64,000 nt of DNA, from contig NC_082731.1 of NCBI RefSeq assembly GCF_030144855.1, positions 26,722,001 through 26,786,000 of the forward strand, in the 5' to 3' direction. A model generated the notes under the pieces. The model was not told the origin of the DNA. It made no database searches and saw nothing but the letters and a program-made list of their open reading frames with translations. Every line of letters begins with the position of its first letter. The first letter of the stretch is position 1. This DNA comes from Hypanus sabinus (taxonomy: Eukaryota). Positions 48,370 to 62,370 of this stretch are shown piece after piece. Position numbers and translations under genes: made by a program.

Positions 48370-50400
48370 GGTAGGGAAATTATTAAAGAAGATTCTTAGT
48401 GAAAATAATTGATACATGGCAAAAGTCAGGAAAGTCCTGGATCCCAAGTAGATAAATTAAGTGAGTCAATGTCAAATTTTCTCATTGGTCATCTCTTTGA
48501 CCAATCATACACTGTGACTGAGTTCATGGAAAGAATACCAATTGCTGGGAAGGTCTTGTCCCTCAAACATGACTGAGTTTTCTGAGGAAGTAGTCAAGAT
48601 GATTAATAAGGGTATGGGAGTCGATGTTGTCCATGTGGCATTTCACAAGTTCCTTCATAATAAGCTGATCCAGGATATCATGGATTCACGGTGACTTGAT
48701 AGGCTTGGTTGTAGAAGACAGAGGGCAATGGTGGAGTGGTTTTATTTGTATTGGAGATCTGCTACAAGAGCTCAGCAAAGAGCAGTTCTGGGTCCCCTCC
48801 TGTTTGTAATATGTATTCATCAGATGGTCAAAAATGTCAGGGGTCTGATTACTAGGGTTGCAGAGCACAAAAAGTTTGATGGTGTCATGAGGCATGTTGT
48901 AAAAGGGCACAGCAAGACAGAAATAATCTTTAATATCTCCATTTTTCCCTTTCAGAGTACTTTTGAAGACCCTGCCCTGGAGTTACATGCTGACTACAGT
49001 TCTTTGTGGGAATGGGACCTGCTCTCGGGGTTTCACTATTGGCCATTATTCGTCACGCCAAGGGTGTGGCCTAAGAGCTTTGCTTGCCTTCAGAAGTCAG
49101 TGTCTGGGCATCATCGGAGATGGAACAAAGTCCCGAGATCTTTGGGCACAGAGCTTGGAAAAAGTGACGCTACGGACTTTTAACATTGTAAACCAGCAAG
49201 TTGCTTGTTATGCCTCCCCTCTCACTGTGAAACAGAAACACCTCTTTCTCCTTTATTAGAGAGAGAGTCTATGGTATGTCGAATACCGGGTGAACAATAG
49301 TCTTTGGGGTACTGCAAGTCTGTGTCTTTGCTGTTGCTTTGCTCATGCTTTAGTGCTCAGTGACAGCTGCAGATGCTTTTTTTTTGTTGGTGGGGGACGG
49401 GAGATCTGTGCTTGCTGCCACTTACGCATGGGGAGGGGACTGTGGGGCGCTTTGGGGTTCTAACATTTAACTGTCATTCATTCTTTGGGGGCACTCTGTT
49501 TTTTGGATGGTTGTGAAGAAAAAGCATTTCAGAAGGTATCTTGTATACATTTCCCTGACATTAAAGGTACCTTTGAAACCTTTGAAATCAAGTGTGGGAA
49601 GAAGGAATACGGTAAATGTCAGATCCCATTTTGAGCATTGATATACAGCAGGATCCTGGGCTGCAAGTTTATTGCCCATCGAGAGTGGCAATCAAGTGGA
49701 TAGAATGATGGTGAGGCAAACAGCATGGTTGTCTTCAGCAGTCGGGGCAGGCAATGAGTATAAAAGCTGGAAGTAAAGTTGCAGGTGTATTAAGCTTTGA
49801 TTTGGACACATTTAGAGCAGGTAAAGTTTTAGTTATTGCATTACAGGAATGACGTGGAATCTTTGGAGAGGGGGAAGAGTAGATTCAGTCGAGTGTTGCA
49901 TGGGTTGGAGCATATTGGCTGTAAGGAGACTGTGGGAAGGAATGACAGAAATATGTAAATTCATGAGAAACATAGATAGTCACAGACTTTTTTCTAGAGT
50001 AGAAATGTCAAATGCCGTGGGCCAGAGGTTTTGGGTGATAGCAGCAAAGTATAAATAACATTTATGAGGCAAAATTGTGGTTGGTACATGGAATGTGTTG
50101 CCAGAAGAATTGATCGCAGCAGGTAAGACAACAAGATTGAAAAGTCATTTAGGTTGACAGTGATTTGGTAGGCTGAATTCAAAAGAAGGTTTTTTTTACG
50201 GGTAAAAAGTGATTTTATTCTCTTGGAGGGTCTGTGAACAGGCAGGGAATATAGGGATAGGACCCTGTGCAGAACGCTGGTAGTGGTTTAAACTGAGATC
50301 ATAGCTGGTGCAGAAACAGTAGGCCAGGTGCTCGTGCCTGTGCTGTATTGTTGTATGTTCTATGTTAGGCCAAGCAGACAACATGGAAGAATAGATTACA
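48370..50400 (+). mobile_element. Fragmented CR1 ORF2 with other LINE tails
   Basis: QRAVLGPLLFVICI and later CR1 C-terminal phrases; interrupted at about 48940-49590. Confidence 0.6.
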
Positions 50401-50743
50401 GAATAATGGAGAGTTCACATGTGATATGGAGGAAATTAAATGGCTGGATTGAATCTGGTAAAGTGCAGAAAAACACATGGGTCACAAAAGGAGGTTTTCC
50501 AGGGTCTTGCTGTGGAAACTGTAATAATTAGGAACCTGGTAAATGGGGGCTGTTCTCCATAACTCAGGAGTCAACTCTCAGAGCCAGAGATCAAAGGTGA
50601 AATTCTCCATTTTTTTCAATGCCCCAGCACAGGAATAGACGGATCAAGGAAAAGAATGATTTTAAAACCTAGCACAAAACTATAGGTCTATCAGCTACAG
50701 TGATCTCTGTCCTCCTATTTGCTTCTGAGACTTGGACTACCTG

Positions 50744-51600
50744 CACTTTGTGGCTACTTTATTAGGCACACCTGTACACCTGTTCGTTAATGCAAATATC
50801 TAATCAGCTAATCATGTGGCAGCAACTCAATACATAAAAGCATGCAGACATGGTCAAGAGGTTCAGTTGATGTGACCAAACATCAGAATGGAGGAGAAAT
50901 GTGATCCGAGTTGGAACGAGAGAGCAATGGATGGTGGTGAACCTAAGTGTAGAATAATGTCTAGAATTAACTCAGGCTGAGACTCAAAACAAACAAGACA
51001 ACACAAATTAAACCTAAAGGCGAATTCAGAAACAGTAGAACTAGAAGTGGAACTTTTACAATTGAGCACTGAGTGCTCAGCACAAGGCCTTTAAGTATAG
51101 ACTTTCCATGATGGAATGTGGCAGGCAATAATTGGCAGTCTGAGTCTGAATGGGACAATGGCTGCTAACCACACTCTGGGGGATTGTAGTGCCGAAGCTT
51201 GGAAACCTTCCGCTGTTCATTCTGGACCATGGCACCAAGTGATTTTGTCCGTGGAATGATTGTTGGTGCCAGACAGGGTGGATTGAGCATCTCAGAAACT
51301 GCTGACCTGAGATCTTCATGCACAAGTCTCTAGAGTTTATAGAAGATGGTGTGAAAAACAAGAAACATCCAGCGATTGGCAGTTCTATGGGTGAAAATAC
51401 CCTGTTAATGACAGTTAAAAGGAAAGTGGCCAGACTGGTTCAAACTGACAGGAAGACTCAAATAACCTTGTGTTACAACAGCAGTGTGCAGAAGAGCATC
51501 TTTAATGCACAACATGTTGAATCTTGAAGTGGATGGGCTACAGCTGCAGAAAACCTCAGAAGGTTCCACTCCTGCACTCAACCAAGTGGCCACTGAGCGT
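50744..51600 (+). mobile_element. Non-autonomous Tc1-like element with a ~323-bp TG...CA insertion (50912-51234)
   Basis: Termini similar to cagtggccactttattagg / caagtggccactgagcgta; transposase N-terminal remnant (GMIVGARQGGLSISETADL); insertion flanked by CCGAGT/CCAAGT. Confidence 0.65.
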
Positions 51601-52569
51601 ACATCACACACTGTATTTTTATTCAGTTTTGGGATCTGGGAAGGCCACCTTTAATTGTCCATTCAGAGATGTTCTGGAGGTGGTGGCAAGTGGTGTTATT
51701 GAACTACTGTAGTCCTTCGGGTGAAAGTTCTCCCACACTGCTATTGGGCAGGGAATTTCAGAAATTAGACCCAGTTGTTATGAAGCATTGATAAAGTATT
51801 TCCTACTCTGGACAATGAATGATTTGTTGTTGATGATGTTCCTATGTACTTTGCCTTTGCTGGTTCAGTGGTCCCTTGGTGGAGAGGCCCATTGCCATGA
51901 CTTGTCAACGGCAGTCATCTCTGGAATTCAGCTCTTTGGCTCAAGACTGTGATCAATAAAGAACCAATGGTCCTGGTAAAACCTGAACTTGTCACTGGTG
52001 ATGAGGTTATTTTGTGAGTAAGTGCCACTTGCCAACACTGTCGATTATCGCTCCCATCACATTACCGAAGATTATGTAGACTTGTTGGGCTATTATTGGC
52101 TGATTAGATTTGTCCCGTATATATTAGATTGGTTGTTCCCTTATGGAATCTGTGTCAGTCAGTTGACACAGGAGAAATAAGACTCCTGTTGAAACACGAG
52201 CTCACCAGCCAACTTCTGTAACTGTGGGCAGTTTACCTCCTTCCGTTTCTCATCACACCTGAGTATTTTCAGATGTACCTGCCTCGACCTATCATTGGCT
52301 TCATTACAGGTTGAGAGTCTTAAGAGTCATAGAAAAGTTCAGCTCAGAAGCAGACCCTTCAACCATTTAGTCTATGCTGAAACCATTTAAACTGCCTACT
52401 CCCATTGACCAGCACTGGGACCATAGCCCTACACACCCCTACCATCCATGTACCTATCCAAACTTCTCTTAAAAGTTGAAATCAAGCTTCAATGCACCAC
52501 TTGTGCAGGCAGTTCACATTCTCACAACCCTCTGAGTGAAGAAATTTCCCCTCATGTTCCTCTTAAACT

Positions 52570-53580
52570 TTTTTTTGTAATTCAAATTATTATTATTATT
52601 TATTCATATTTTACAAAGCAGCACAGCATGTCATAGAGCAGATACAGTACAGCATATTTACACAGCCATCCCATGACAGGAAAACATATAAAACTAAGAA
52701 ACAGAAAAAAACTTCTAATTTAAGCTTAAATTAACATACAACCAAAATTGATCCCACACTTTTCCCACACAGGTAATTCTTCCCAACATGAGTTCATATA
52801 ATGAAATCCTAACCATTTCCTTAGTCCATTCCCTCACAGTAGGACATCTAGGTTTTTTCCAGTTTTTCAATATAATTCTTGTAGCTGTGATTAGACCAAC
52901 CTTTAAAATAGTAAACTTCTCATTGTTTACATTAGGTTTCATTGTCCTATAACCCAGGAGACAAGCCGTAGGCGCAAGGGCAGTGTAGGACCTGACCAAT
53001 TCCCCAACAAGTCAAGAACTTTACATCAAAATGGACAAACCATGGAACACTCCCAAATCATGTGAAAATATGTGCCCACCTCATTTTTACGTTTTCAGCA
53101 TAAATGATTATTAACAATCCCCATTTTGTAGAGTCTAGTTGGTGTCCAATGATATCTGTGTACTAACTTATACTGAATAAATTTCCCTCTCCTTCCCTAA
53201 TATGTCTACCCACATTTGATAAAATATTTGACCACTCATTATCTTCATTATCACTTCCAGGATCCTTCTGCCATACTGCTTTGAGATTGTTACACGGTTC
53301 ACCCACAGAGTGCTGAACATTTTATACAACACGGATGCTTTATGAACTTCCTGTGGTAAAGTATTCAGTTAAAGGGTTACTTTGTCGGCCACCATTCTTG
53401 AATATGCTACTAACGCAATGTCTTATTTGTAAATACTTCCAGAAATTCCCTTTATCTACAAAGTTATATTTCCTCTGCAAATCCACATATGACACCTTTC
53501 ACCCTTAACCCATCACTTCTGGGTGTAGTCCCACCCAAACTCAGTGGAAAAAGCCTGCTTTTCATTAACCCTATCTATAG
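52570..53580 (-). mobile_element. L1/Tx1-like LINE 3' fragment
   Basis: ORF2 C-terminus (LITATRIILKNWKKPRCPTVREW; HMIWEC). Confidence 0.65.
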
Positions 53581-53583
53581 TCC

Positions 53584-56500
53584 TGTAGCGGTGTGCTACA
53601 CGCAGCGCTAAAATTACGACACGGAGTCGGTAACTGCAGTCGAAGGAAAAAACTTTATTCGAAATCTTCAGCCTCACTTTTAAGCCTCCCTCAACCTGCC
53701 CCCCATGGCGCAGAGGCTCCAAAGCTCTGTGCTCGCAAACCCCCGTAGGCTATCTAATTGTGAGTCGGTTCGGATATGCCAGGAAATGGGTCGCCACATA
53801 ACCACCCCCCCCCCCCAACACCGGCGATACACACCCCAATGTCCACAGTCTGGGCCAGAACCTGCTTGGGAGGTCGGCCTCTGCGCCGAGGTGCCGGAAA
53901 CTCGGACGGTTGCGCCAGGTCCACATGGGCCGGTTTGAGGCGGTCCACCGTGAAAACCTCCTCTTTCCCCCCAACGTCCAGCACGAACGTGGACCCGTTG
54001 TTCCGGAGCACCATAAACGGCCCCTCGTATGGCCGCTGCAGCGGTGGCCGATGCCCGCTCCTTCGTACAAACACAAACTTACAGCTCTGTAGGTCTTTGG
54101 GTACGCAGGTCGGGTGCCGCCCGTGCTGTGAAGTGGGTATGGGGGCCAGGTTACTGAGCTTCTCGCGTAGTCTGCCAGGACTGCTGCGGGATCTTCCTCT
54201 TGCCCCCTTGGGGCTGGTAGGAACTCCCCGGGGACGACCAGGGGCGCGCCGTATACCAACTCGGCCGACGAGGCGTGCAGGTCGTCCTTGGGCGCTGTGC
54301 GGATGCCGAGTTGGACCCAGGGAAGCTCGTCCGCCCAGTTGGCTCCTCGCAGGCAGGCCATGAGGGCCGACTTCAGGTGACGGTGGAAACGCTCCACTAG
54401 CTCGTTCGACTGTGGGTCGTAGGCAGTGGTGTGGTGCAGCTGAGTCCCCAAAAGGCTGGCCGTAGCTGACCACAGGCTGGAGGTGAACTGGGCACCTCTG
54501 TCGGAGGTAATGTGGGTTGGTACACCAAAGCGAGATATCCAGGTGGCGATCAGAGTTCGGGCGCAAGATTCGGAGGTGGTGTCGGTGAGCGGGACCGCCT
54601 CTGGCCATCTTGTGAACCGGTCCACAATAGTCAGGAGGTGCCGCGCTCCGCGCGACACTGGCAGGGGGCCCACAATATCCACATGAAAGTGGTCGAAACG
54701 CCGGTGGGTGGGATGGAACTGCTGCGGTGGGGCTTTGGTGTGCCGCTGCACCTTGGCCGTCTGGCGGTGCATGCACGTTTTGGCCCATTCACTGACCTGT
54801 TTGCGGAGTCCGTGCCAAACGAACCTGCTGGAAACCATCCGGACAGTTGTCCGGATGGAGGGATGCGCCAAGTTATGAATGGAGTCGAAAACGCGGCGCC
54901 GCCAGGCTGTCGGGACGACGGGACGGGGCTGGCCGGTGGCGACGTCACAGAGTAGGGTCCTCTCACCCGGGCCCACGGGGAGGTCCTGGAGCTGCAAACC
55001 GGAGACTGCGGTTCTGTAACTCGGAATCTCCTCATCCGCCTGCTGCGCCTCTGCCAGTGCCCCAAAGTCTACCCCTTGGGAAAGGGCATGAATGGTAGGG
55101 CGAGAGAGCGCATCCGCCATGACATTGTCCTTACCCGAGACGTGCCGGACATCCGTCGTGTATTCAGAGATGTAGGACAGGTGGCGTTGCTGGCGGGACG
55201 ACCAGGGGTTGGACGCTTTCGTAAACGCAAAGGTAAGCGGTTTGTGGTCCGTGAACGCGGGGCCTGAACCGATGGGAAATCCGCCAGGACCCTGGTGAAG
55301 TCGTTGTCGGACAGCGTGATGGAGCCGAGGTGAGGGGCTGGCAACTGGGCTGCACCCAGGGAGAACGTCTGAAAGGTCTCGGCGTGTACCAGTCTCTTCC
55401 TGGGCAGGTCGACCAGTAGGCTGTGAGCCCGCAAAAAATCCGCACCCAGAAGCGGTTGGGCTACGGCGGCCAGTGTGAAGTCCCACGTGAACTGGCTGGA
55501 GCCGAACTGTAGCTGCACCTGACGGGTGCCATAGGTCCTTACTGTGCTGCCATTCACGGCCCTCAGGGGGGGACCCGGTGCCCTGCTGCGGGTGTCGTAA
55601 CTCGTCGGAGGTAAAACGCTGATCTCAGCCCCAGTATCGACCAAAAACCGGCGTCCCGACCTTCTATCCCACACATACAGGAGGCTATCCCGATGGCCAG
55701 CTGCCGTAGCCATCAGCAGCGGCTGGCCCTGGCGTTTCCCGGGTACTTGCAGGGTGGGCGACAACGGCGGGCTTCTGCGCCCCACCGCTGGTGGTAGAAG
55801 CACCAGTGTTCATTGGGCCGGGGGTTGGCGGGCTCTGCGGCCGGGCCTGGACTGGTTTGCTGCCGGGAGCGTGGCTGGGAGATCTGTGCGATGGACGCCC
55901 CGCTCACCTTTTTGGCGTTCCACAGCAAGTCCGCCCGGGCTGCCACCTTCCGGGGGTCACTGAAATCCGCGTCGGACAGCAGCAGGCGTATGTCCTCGGG
56001 CAGCTGCTCCAGGAATGCCTGCTCAAACATGAGGGAGGGTGTGTGTCCGTCGGCGAGAGACAACATCTCATTCATTAAAGCCATGGAGGTCTGTCGCCCA
56101 AGCCATCCAGGTGCAGTAAACGGGCAGCCCGCTCGCGCCGTGAGAGTCCGAAAGTCCTGAGGAGCAGGGCTTTGAATTCCGTATACTTGCCGTCTGCCGG
56201 GGGCGACTGTACGAACTCCGCGACCTGGGCCGCTGTGTCCTGGTCGAGGGAGCTCACCACGTAGTAGTAGAGGGTGTCGTCTGAGGTGATCTGGCGAACG
56301 TGGAATTGGGCTTCGGCTTGCTGGAACCATAGGTTCGGGCGCTGTGTCCAGAAACCCGGCAGTTTCAACGAAACCGCATGAACAGAGGCGGCGTCGGTCA
56401 TTTCTGGTCCAAAAATCATTTGGACTGTCGGGGTCACCAACTGTAGCGGTGTGCTACACGCAGCGCTAAAATTACGACACGGAGTCGGTAACTGCAGTCG

Positions 56501-56657
56501 AAGGAAAAAACTTTTATTCGAAATCTTCAGCCTCACTTTTAAGCCTCTCTCAACCTGCCCCCCATGGCGCAGAGGCTCCAAAGCTCTGTGCTCGCAAACC
56601 CCCGTAGGCTATCTAATTGTGAGTCGGTTCGGATGTGCCAGGAAATGGGTCGCCGCA
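53584..56657 (-). mobile_element. Young Gypsy LTR element lacking RT and most of RNase H
   Basis: LTRs 53584-53798 and 56442-56657 differ by 3 substitutions and 1 indel; TSD GTCC; tRNA-Trp PBS TGGTGACCCCGAC (56439-56427); gag from 56401; protease FLVDTGAEIS; junction near 55260 jumps to FTDHKPL; integrase HVDIVGPLP...TSDRGAQF. Confidence 0.95.
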
Positions 56658-56939
56658 GTCCTCCAAATATTATATCCCTTTCAGGCTTATGGCTGTAACA
56701 TAAAAACCTCACAGCTGTCTATCCTATTCCAGCTCCCACTGCCTATATGTCCCATTTTGAATTGAGACATGGGACATTCTCTGCTCTACTCTACATCATT
56801 GACTGTGTGGAAAGGCACAGCTCAAATTTCAACTGCAAATTTGTCAATAACACAACTGTTATTGGCAGAATTTCAGATGGCGAAGAGAAGGTGTACAGGA
56901 GTGAGATAGATCGGCTGGTTGATTGATGTCACAATGACC

Positions 56940-59900
56940 ATTGTAATCTGTCCCTGATCACTATGTATCCAGCTGGGAAAGCCATAATAAATGAAATACT
57001 TCTCCCATAACACCTTTGCCATCGTAGATGCCCTCTGGTCCTTGGCAGGAAAAGCCAGAGCATATCTGGTGCAGTGGTCTGTGATGACTAAGACATTTGC
57101 CGTGTTGCTGGCATCGGGCTCTATTGACAGGAAATCCACGCACACCAGGTCCAGAAGCCCCACACTCTGCAAGTGGGGCAAGGGAGCAGCCCGCGTAGGC
57201 AGTGTCTTCCGCCGTATGCACCAAATGCATGACTTGCATTTTTCTTCGACCTTTGACTTCATTCGGGGCCAGTAAAACCGGTCTCTGAGCAATCCATAGG
57301 TCTTTTCGACCCCCAAATGTCCAGAATCATCATGAAGTAACTTCAACACCATCCTGATACTTTTCAGGCAGAACCAGCTGGCAACGCCAAGGTCAGTCTG
57401 GGGGTGACATGACCCCGTATAAGATCTAGTTCTTCAACTCCAACCGAAGCCATTCTTACAGTAATGGAGGCACCGACTCATCTTTTGCCTTCTGCTCTTG
57501 AGCCATGTCTCTCTTTTTGACCGCTCCTAAATGGTACCAATACCCGGATCATCTTACTGAGCAGATGCCACTTCCTTAGAACTCAATTCCAGAGGCTGAT
57601 TTGTCTTCAGAGCAATCAGGTTACAGTAAACTTGGGGAATGGTGCCATCAGAAGCTCCCATTTGATCCACTAGTTGATCCCGCCCCTCCTTTGCCTTGGC
57701 CTTCACGGAGATGGCAAACTGACAAATGGCCTCCACCCCTCAGACAGGAGACTCTCACACACTTCATCCCTGACCAGTCCCTCGTGCACCCATCAGGACA
57801 AAGCATCGGCATCAATGTTCCTGTTTCATGGCCAGTACTTCAGGCTGAAATCATAAGTAGACAGCACCGCCAACCACCGATGGCCTGTGGCATCCAATTT
57901 TGCCAAGGTCAGGATATAAGTTAGGGGATTGTTGACTGTCCTCACCTCAAACTTGGCCCCATAGAGGTAGTCACTCAGCTTATCCACCACCACTCATTTC
58001 AATGCCAGAAATACCAACTTGTGCATGGGAAAGTTTTTTCTCAGATGGGCGACAGACTCCAGCTGACAAACGCAAAGGTAAATCAACCCAGTGCCCTGAT
58101 CCTGATACAGGATGCCCCCTAAATCCTGTCAGCTGGCATCCGTGTGTAGTACATATGGCAATTGGGGGTCTACAAAAGCCAGCACCAGTGCCTGGGTAGC
58201 AGCTGCTTCAGTGACTGAAAGGCCTCCTCACATTCTGCATCCCACCTTGGTCCAAAGGGCTCCAATGAGCTAAGATACTCTCCACCATCCTGTCCTTCTC
58301 CCCCTCCCTTTCTTCCCCTAAAGAGGGTACCAGCACAGAAGCTGATTCAATGGGTGACGCACTTTGACGTTGCCTTTTACAAACCTCTGATAGAAACCTC
58401 TGGTTTCTTGGCCAAGTGGTAGCCGCCTCTACCTTAGCCAGTTCTGTAGCTCCTCCATCCTGTGAGACTACGTGCCCAAAATAGCTAGCAGACATTTGAC
58501 AGAACTGGCATTTGTCCAGGGAAAATTTTAACCCTTCAGCTTTCAGGTGGTCCAGCACCTTCAGCAGCCTTGTTTCATGTTTTTCCACGGAGGATCCAAA
58601 CACTATGAGGTCATCCAGCAAGTTCATATATATCAATACCTCAAGCAAGTTCATATTCCCCACCGTCTTCTCCGTGACCCACTGGAAGGTTGCACGAGCA
58701 CCCCAGATGCCCTAGCGCATACTTTTGAACTAGAAAAAAATTCCAGGGGACATATAAGTGTTGTCTTCTCTTTGTCAACCTCACTCATGGGGATCTGGTA
58801 ATATCCACTCCTCAGGTCCAGCACACTGAACCACTTTGCACCACTCAGGCAGGTCAGCACGTCTTCAATCCTTGGGACAGTATGCCTGTTCTGAGTCCTA
58901 TAATCCACACACATCCATACCTTCCCCTTCTTCTTTCGGGCCATTACTACTGCGGACAAATAGGGGCTTTGGGACTTGGTGATGATCCCAGCTTCCTTCA
59001 ACTTACACAAATGCTGCCAAACATCCTTCACCTCTGTAGGGGCCAGTCACCATGATCTTTCATGAACAGGGTCTGGACAAACCAGCACTAATGTATCAAG
59101 GACCTCAGACACTCCCATATCAGCCTTCAAGAACTCCAGCTTCACTGACAAATAACCATCATGCGGATAGTCACTAGCACTAAGCCCCCAGTTCTCCAGT
59201 ACCTTGAATGGGGTCAATGGTAAATGCTTCAAATACCAGTTGTAAAATGAAAAGTACAACAACGTGACTAGCAATACAGTATCAAGTATTGCTTTAGCAT
59301 AAATACCCTCTCTTCATAGCGACACACTGCACTAAGTCTCACTAAGCCTTCAGGAATTGGGCCTTTCGCTTTTAGGGGTTCCTTGGTACCTTGCTGGGAA
59401 TGTGTTTCCCCAGAGACACCAGACCATTCCCTCACTGAGTCTCCTCTAAGTTTTCTGAAGGTCTCACTCTGCTTAGATACCTGGGGGCTCACCCTCCTTC
59501 TGGCATGACACCTGCTGCCAGCAGCCCTCCTTGGGGAATCTACCCCCCATCAGTTCCATCATATAGGAGGGGGGTCATACCCGCTGATAACAGCCGAAAC
59601 ATCTCCATTCTCAACTCTGCCACAATACCGCTCCCCTGGGCAGGCTACCCGTGGTCACCTCACTGCAGGGGACCAGTACTGAGGTTTGTACCCTGCTGAC
59701 GGATCCCTCCTGAGCCTCCACCACGTTCTCTTCTTCCTATACCTCTTTGATCAGCTCAACAGAAGATGGAGGGGAGTGTGTCTTACGAGACTGTCAGAGA
59801 CCCCAAGTAGTCAGATCCTGGGATTGGGCATGCTCAGCTATCTGGTCCATTGCTAACTGATTGACCTCAGCCGCCTGAATGACCCCTCTGTGCTGCAAGC

Positions 59901-60665
59901 AATTTAGCTGCCTCTCTAGCCAAAAAATAAAAGCAGAAGCCCTCTCTTCCTTCTCCAGATGCATGTTCTGGAACCCCACCATGAGCTCCATTGGACTTAC
60001 TGTTCGGCCAAAAGTATTGTCCGGTGCTTGCACGTAATTGACAGCTGTCGTACGGGATACCATAACCTGATGGCTCTCACAGCATCAGCTGTCTGCCCAT
60101 TCAAACTTCCAACCAGTCTCTATCATTTTACATCATCAGAGCACTTCCACTCATCTAACAACTGAGAGGTCTGCTCTTCCCAAGTCTCGTACTCCTCTTT
60201 CCCTTTAGGGGTGGGCGTTATTCCAGAGAATAGGCAGTGCCTACTATAGCTGGGACTTGAAACTGGGCATATTTCTATTTATTCACCAGAAATGTAAGGG
60301 CAGATACTAACTCAGAATTCTCACTGTTAACTCGGCAACATAGACTAATTGGACATTTTAAATCTGACCACTCCTTCCCCTCACTTCTCAGAAAGAACCC
60401 TGTCTTTGAAATCTCTGCCCCCAGCTACCACTATGTCAGTGCTGTTCTGTATTAAAACGAGAGCTGTGCCTACCATTTTATCAAACCTCTGTCCACAATC
60501 ACAACTTTAACAGTACTTAACAGAAGAATTAACAATTCATCCACAGTATGAATATCTACCCTACTGGTTCAAAGCTCAGGGTAATCACATAGCATCCAAC
60601 AGAATCAAACCCAGAAGAGCCCCCACAATTGTAACCCTTGTTTTAGCTAGCAGCTTAATCTAGGG
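56940..60665 (-). mobile_element. Degenerate PNMA-gag Gypsy element (gag, protease, RT, RNase H remnant, integrase)
   Basis: Integrase 56873-57352 (VCVDFLSIE...IHSDQG); RT 58208-59031 (WFSVLDLRSGYYQI; NLLDDLIVF); gag 59794-60063; Pro-like PBS about 60610-60626; LTR edge TGTAAC at 60630. Confidence 0.85.
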
Positions 60666-61582
60666 TAGTGGTCGCTAACCTTTTTAAGCCAAAGATCCCC
60701 TACCTCGGCCTTAGTAAAAGGCAAGATCGACCTACTAAATTGTTTAGACAAACGCATGCGCACTGGGCAGAAGGGACCGGAAGTGGAGCCTCACAGCCCT
60801 GGAAGCAGTCTCTCTTTGCAGGCAGCTTTCTGTAGTGGGAGTATTGCTATGTTACCATTATCTTAATTGGTATTACTTACTTTTATAATGCTCACATTAC
60901 AAAACGTTTAATTCTATGTTTCATTACTTAATTTTATTTCAGAACAAGAAATAAATGAATAAAAATTGACCGTTGCACTCAGTGTGATGACTGGGGCTAA
61001 ATACTTTCTATTATTTCCCTGAAATTTGGCTCATAAATACAGACAGCCAGTCTGAGACAGTCTGTGAGGTGTCTGTCAGTAAGACAGCTTGTGTACTTAG
61101 ATATAATAATTTTCATCTGTTGCAGCACAATGCCCTTGTAAACCTCCTGACAGACTGAATATTTGAATGGACAGTTTCCTTTGTCAGTCCGAATGCTGAA
61201 CCTGCCACGTTTTTCAGGAGTTTTGTATTAGTAAACGTTTACTGAGACACTAGTATAAGCTTCAGAGGTATGCAAGCTAATGACACCACAAATTTTTTTG
61301 TTCCCCGGTTCTTTTACATTTGGGGAATGTTGGAATTTAAAGGGGGAGACGCGTTGTAATGTGAGCATTATAAAGATAGGTTGATGCCGATTAGGATAAT
61401 GGTGGTGTAACGGTGCTCCCGCCATAGAGAGCTGTTTGTAGGGAGAGGTTGTTTCCGGGGTTGCGGGGTTTTGCTTCCAGTCTTTTCTGCCCGGTGCACA
61501 TTTTTGACCTTTTTTTCAGGATCTACTGGGAAAGTCTCAAAGATCGACCGGTCGATCGCGATTGATGGGTTGGTGACCACTA
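60666..61582 (-). mobile_element. hAT (Charlie/SPIN-like) internal-deletion derivative inserted in the LTR
   Basis: TIRs TAGTGGTCGCTAACC / GGTTGGTGACCACTA (13/15); exact 8-bp TSD ATCTAGGG (60658-60665, 61583-61590); transposase tail SKYTSCLTDRHLTDCLRLAVCIYEPN at 61101-61024. Confidence 0.9.
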
Positions 61583-61749
61583 ATCTAGGGGATGATAGTC
61601 CCCCAGCTTGGCCATCTAATCCTTCCATATATTACTAATAAAGTCAAAATTCCCTTGTTTTCACAGGAAAAAACCCTGCAGTTGAAACTAGTACATTCCG
61701 GCATCAAGGAGACAATGTTGCTGCTGGGAGAATTTCATGAGACTGGGTA

Positions 61750-62370
61750 AGAGGAGTGTACAGCTTACTTTTTGTCCAAGTTAAAACATAAGTTTTCAGG
61801 CCTGCATTAACCTGGCTGAAACTTCATGAATCTTTAGTTCTGGTTGATCGATTGTAAGAAGAATATGAAGGCTTTGAAGAGGGTGTAAAAGACTTTTCAT
61901 GAGCATGTTGCCAGGATTAGAGAATATTCACTGTAAGGGGAGGTTGAACAACATTTGACTGTTTATTCTGGAGCATAGGCTGAGAGCCAACCTGACAGAG
62001 GTTTATAAAAGTATGAGAGTCATTGATAAGTTCAACAGTCAGAGTCATTTTCCCAGGGCAAAATGTCGTATCCAAAAGGACAGTGATTTAAGGTGAAGGG
62101 TATAACATTCAAAGGGTAATTGCAGTGTAAACAGTGTTTTTAAAGCATGGAGAGTGGCAGGTGTCTGGAATGCACTGCCAGGGGTAATGGTGAAAGTAGC
62201 ACGAAGATACATTACTTTAAGATACATATGTAAAAGCACATGACCATTCAGGATATGGAGAGATATGGATTCTGTGGAGATACATCAGTTTAGATTAATT
62301 TAGTGTTCTGGTTGTCACAGTCATCATGGGCTGAAGGGCCTGTTCCTGTGCTGTACTGTTCTGTGTTGGA
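61750..62370 (+). mobile_element. Degenerate CR1 3' fragment
   Basis: CR1 tail (gggctgaagggcctgttcctgtgctgtactgttctgt). Confidence 0.6.
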
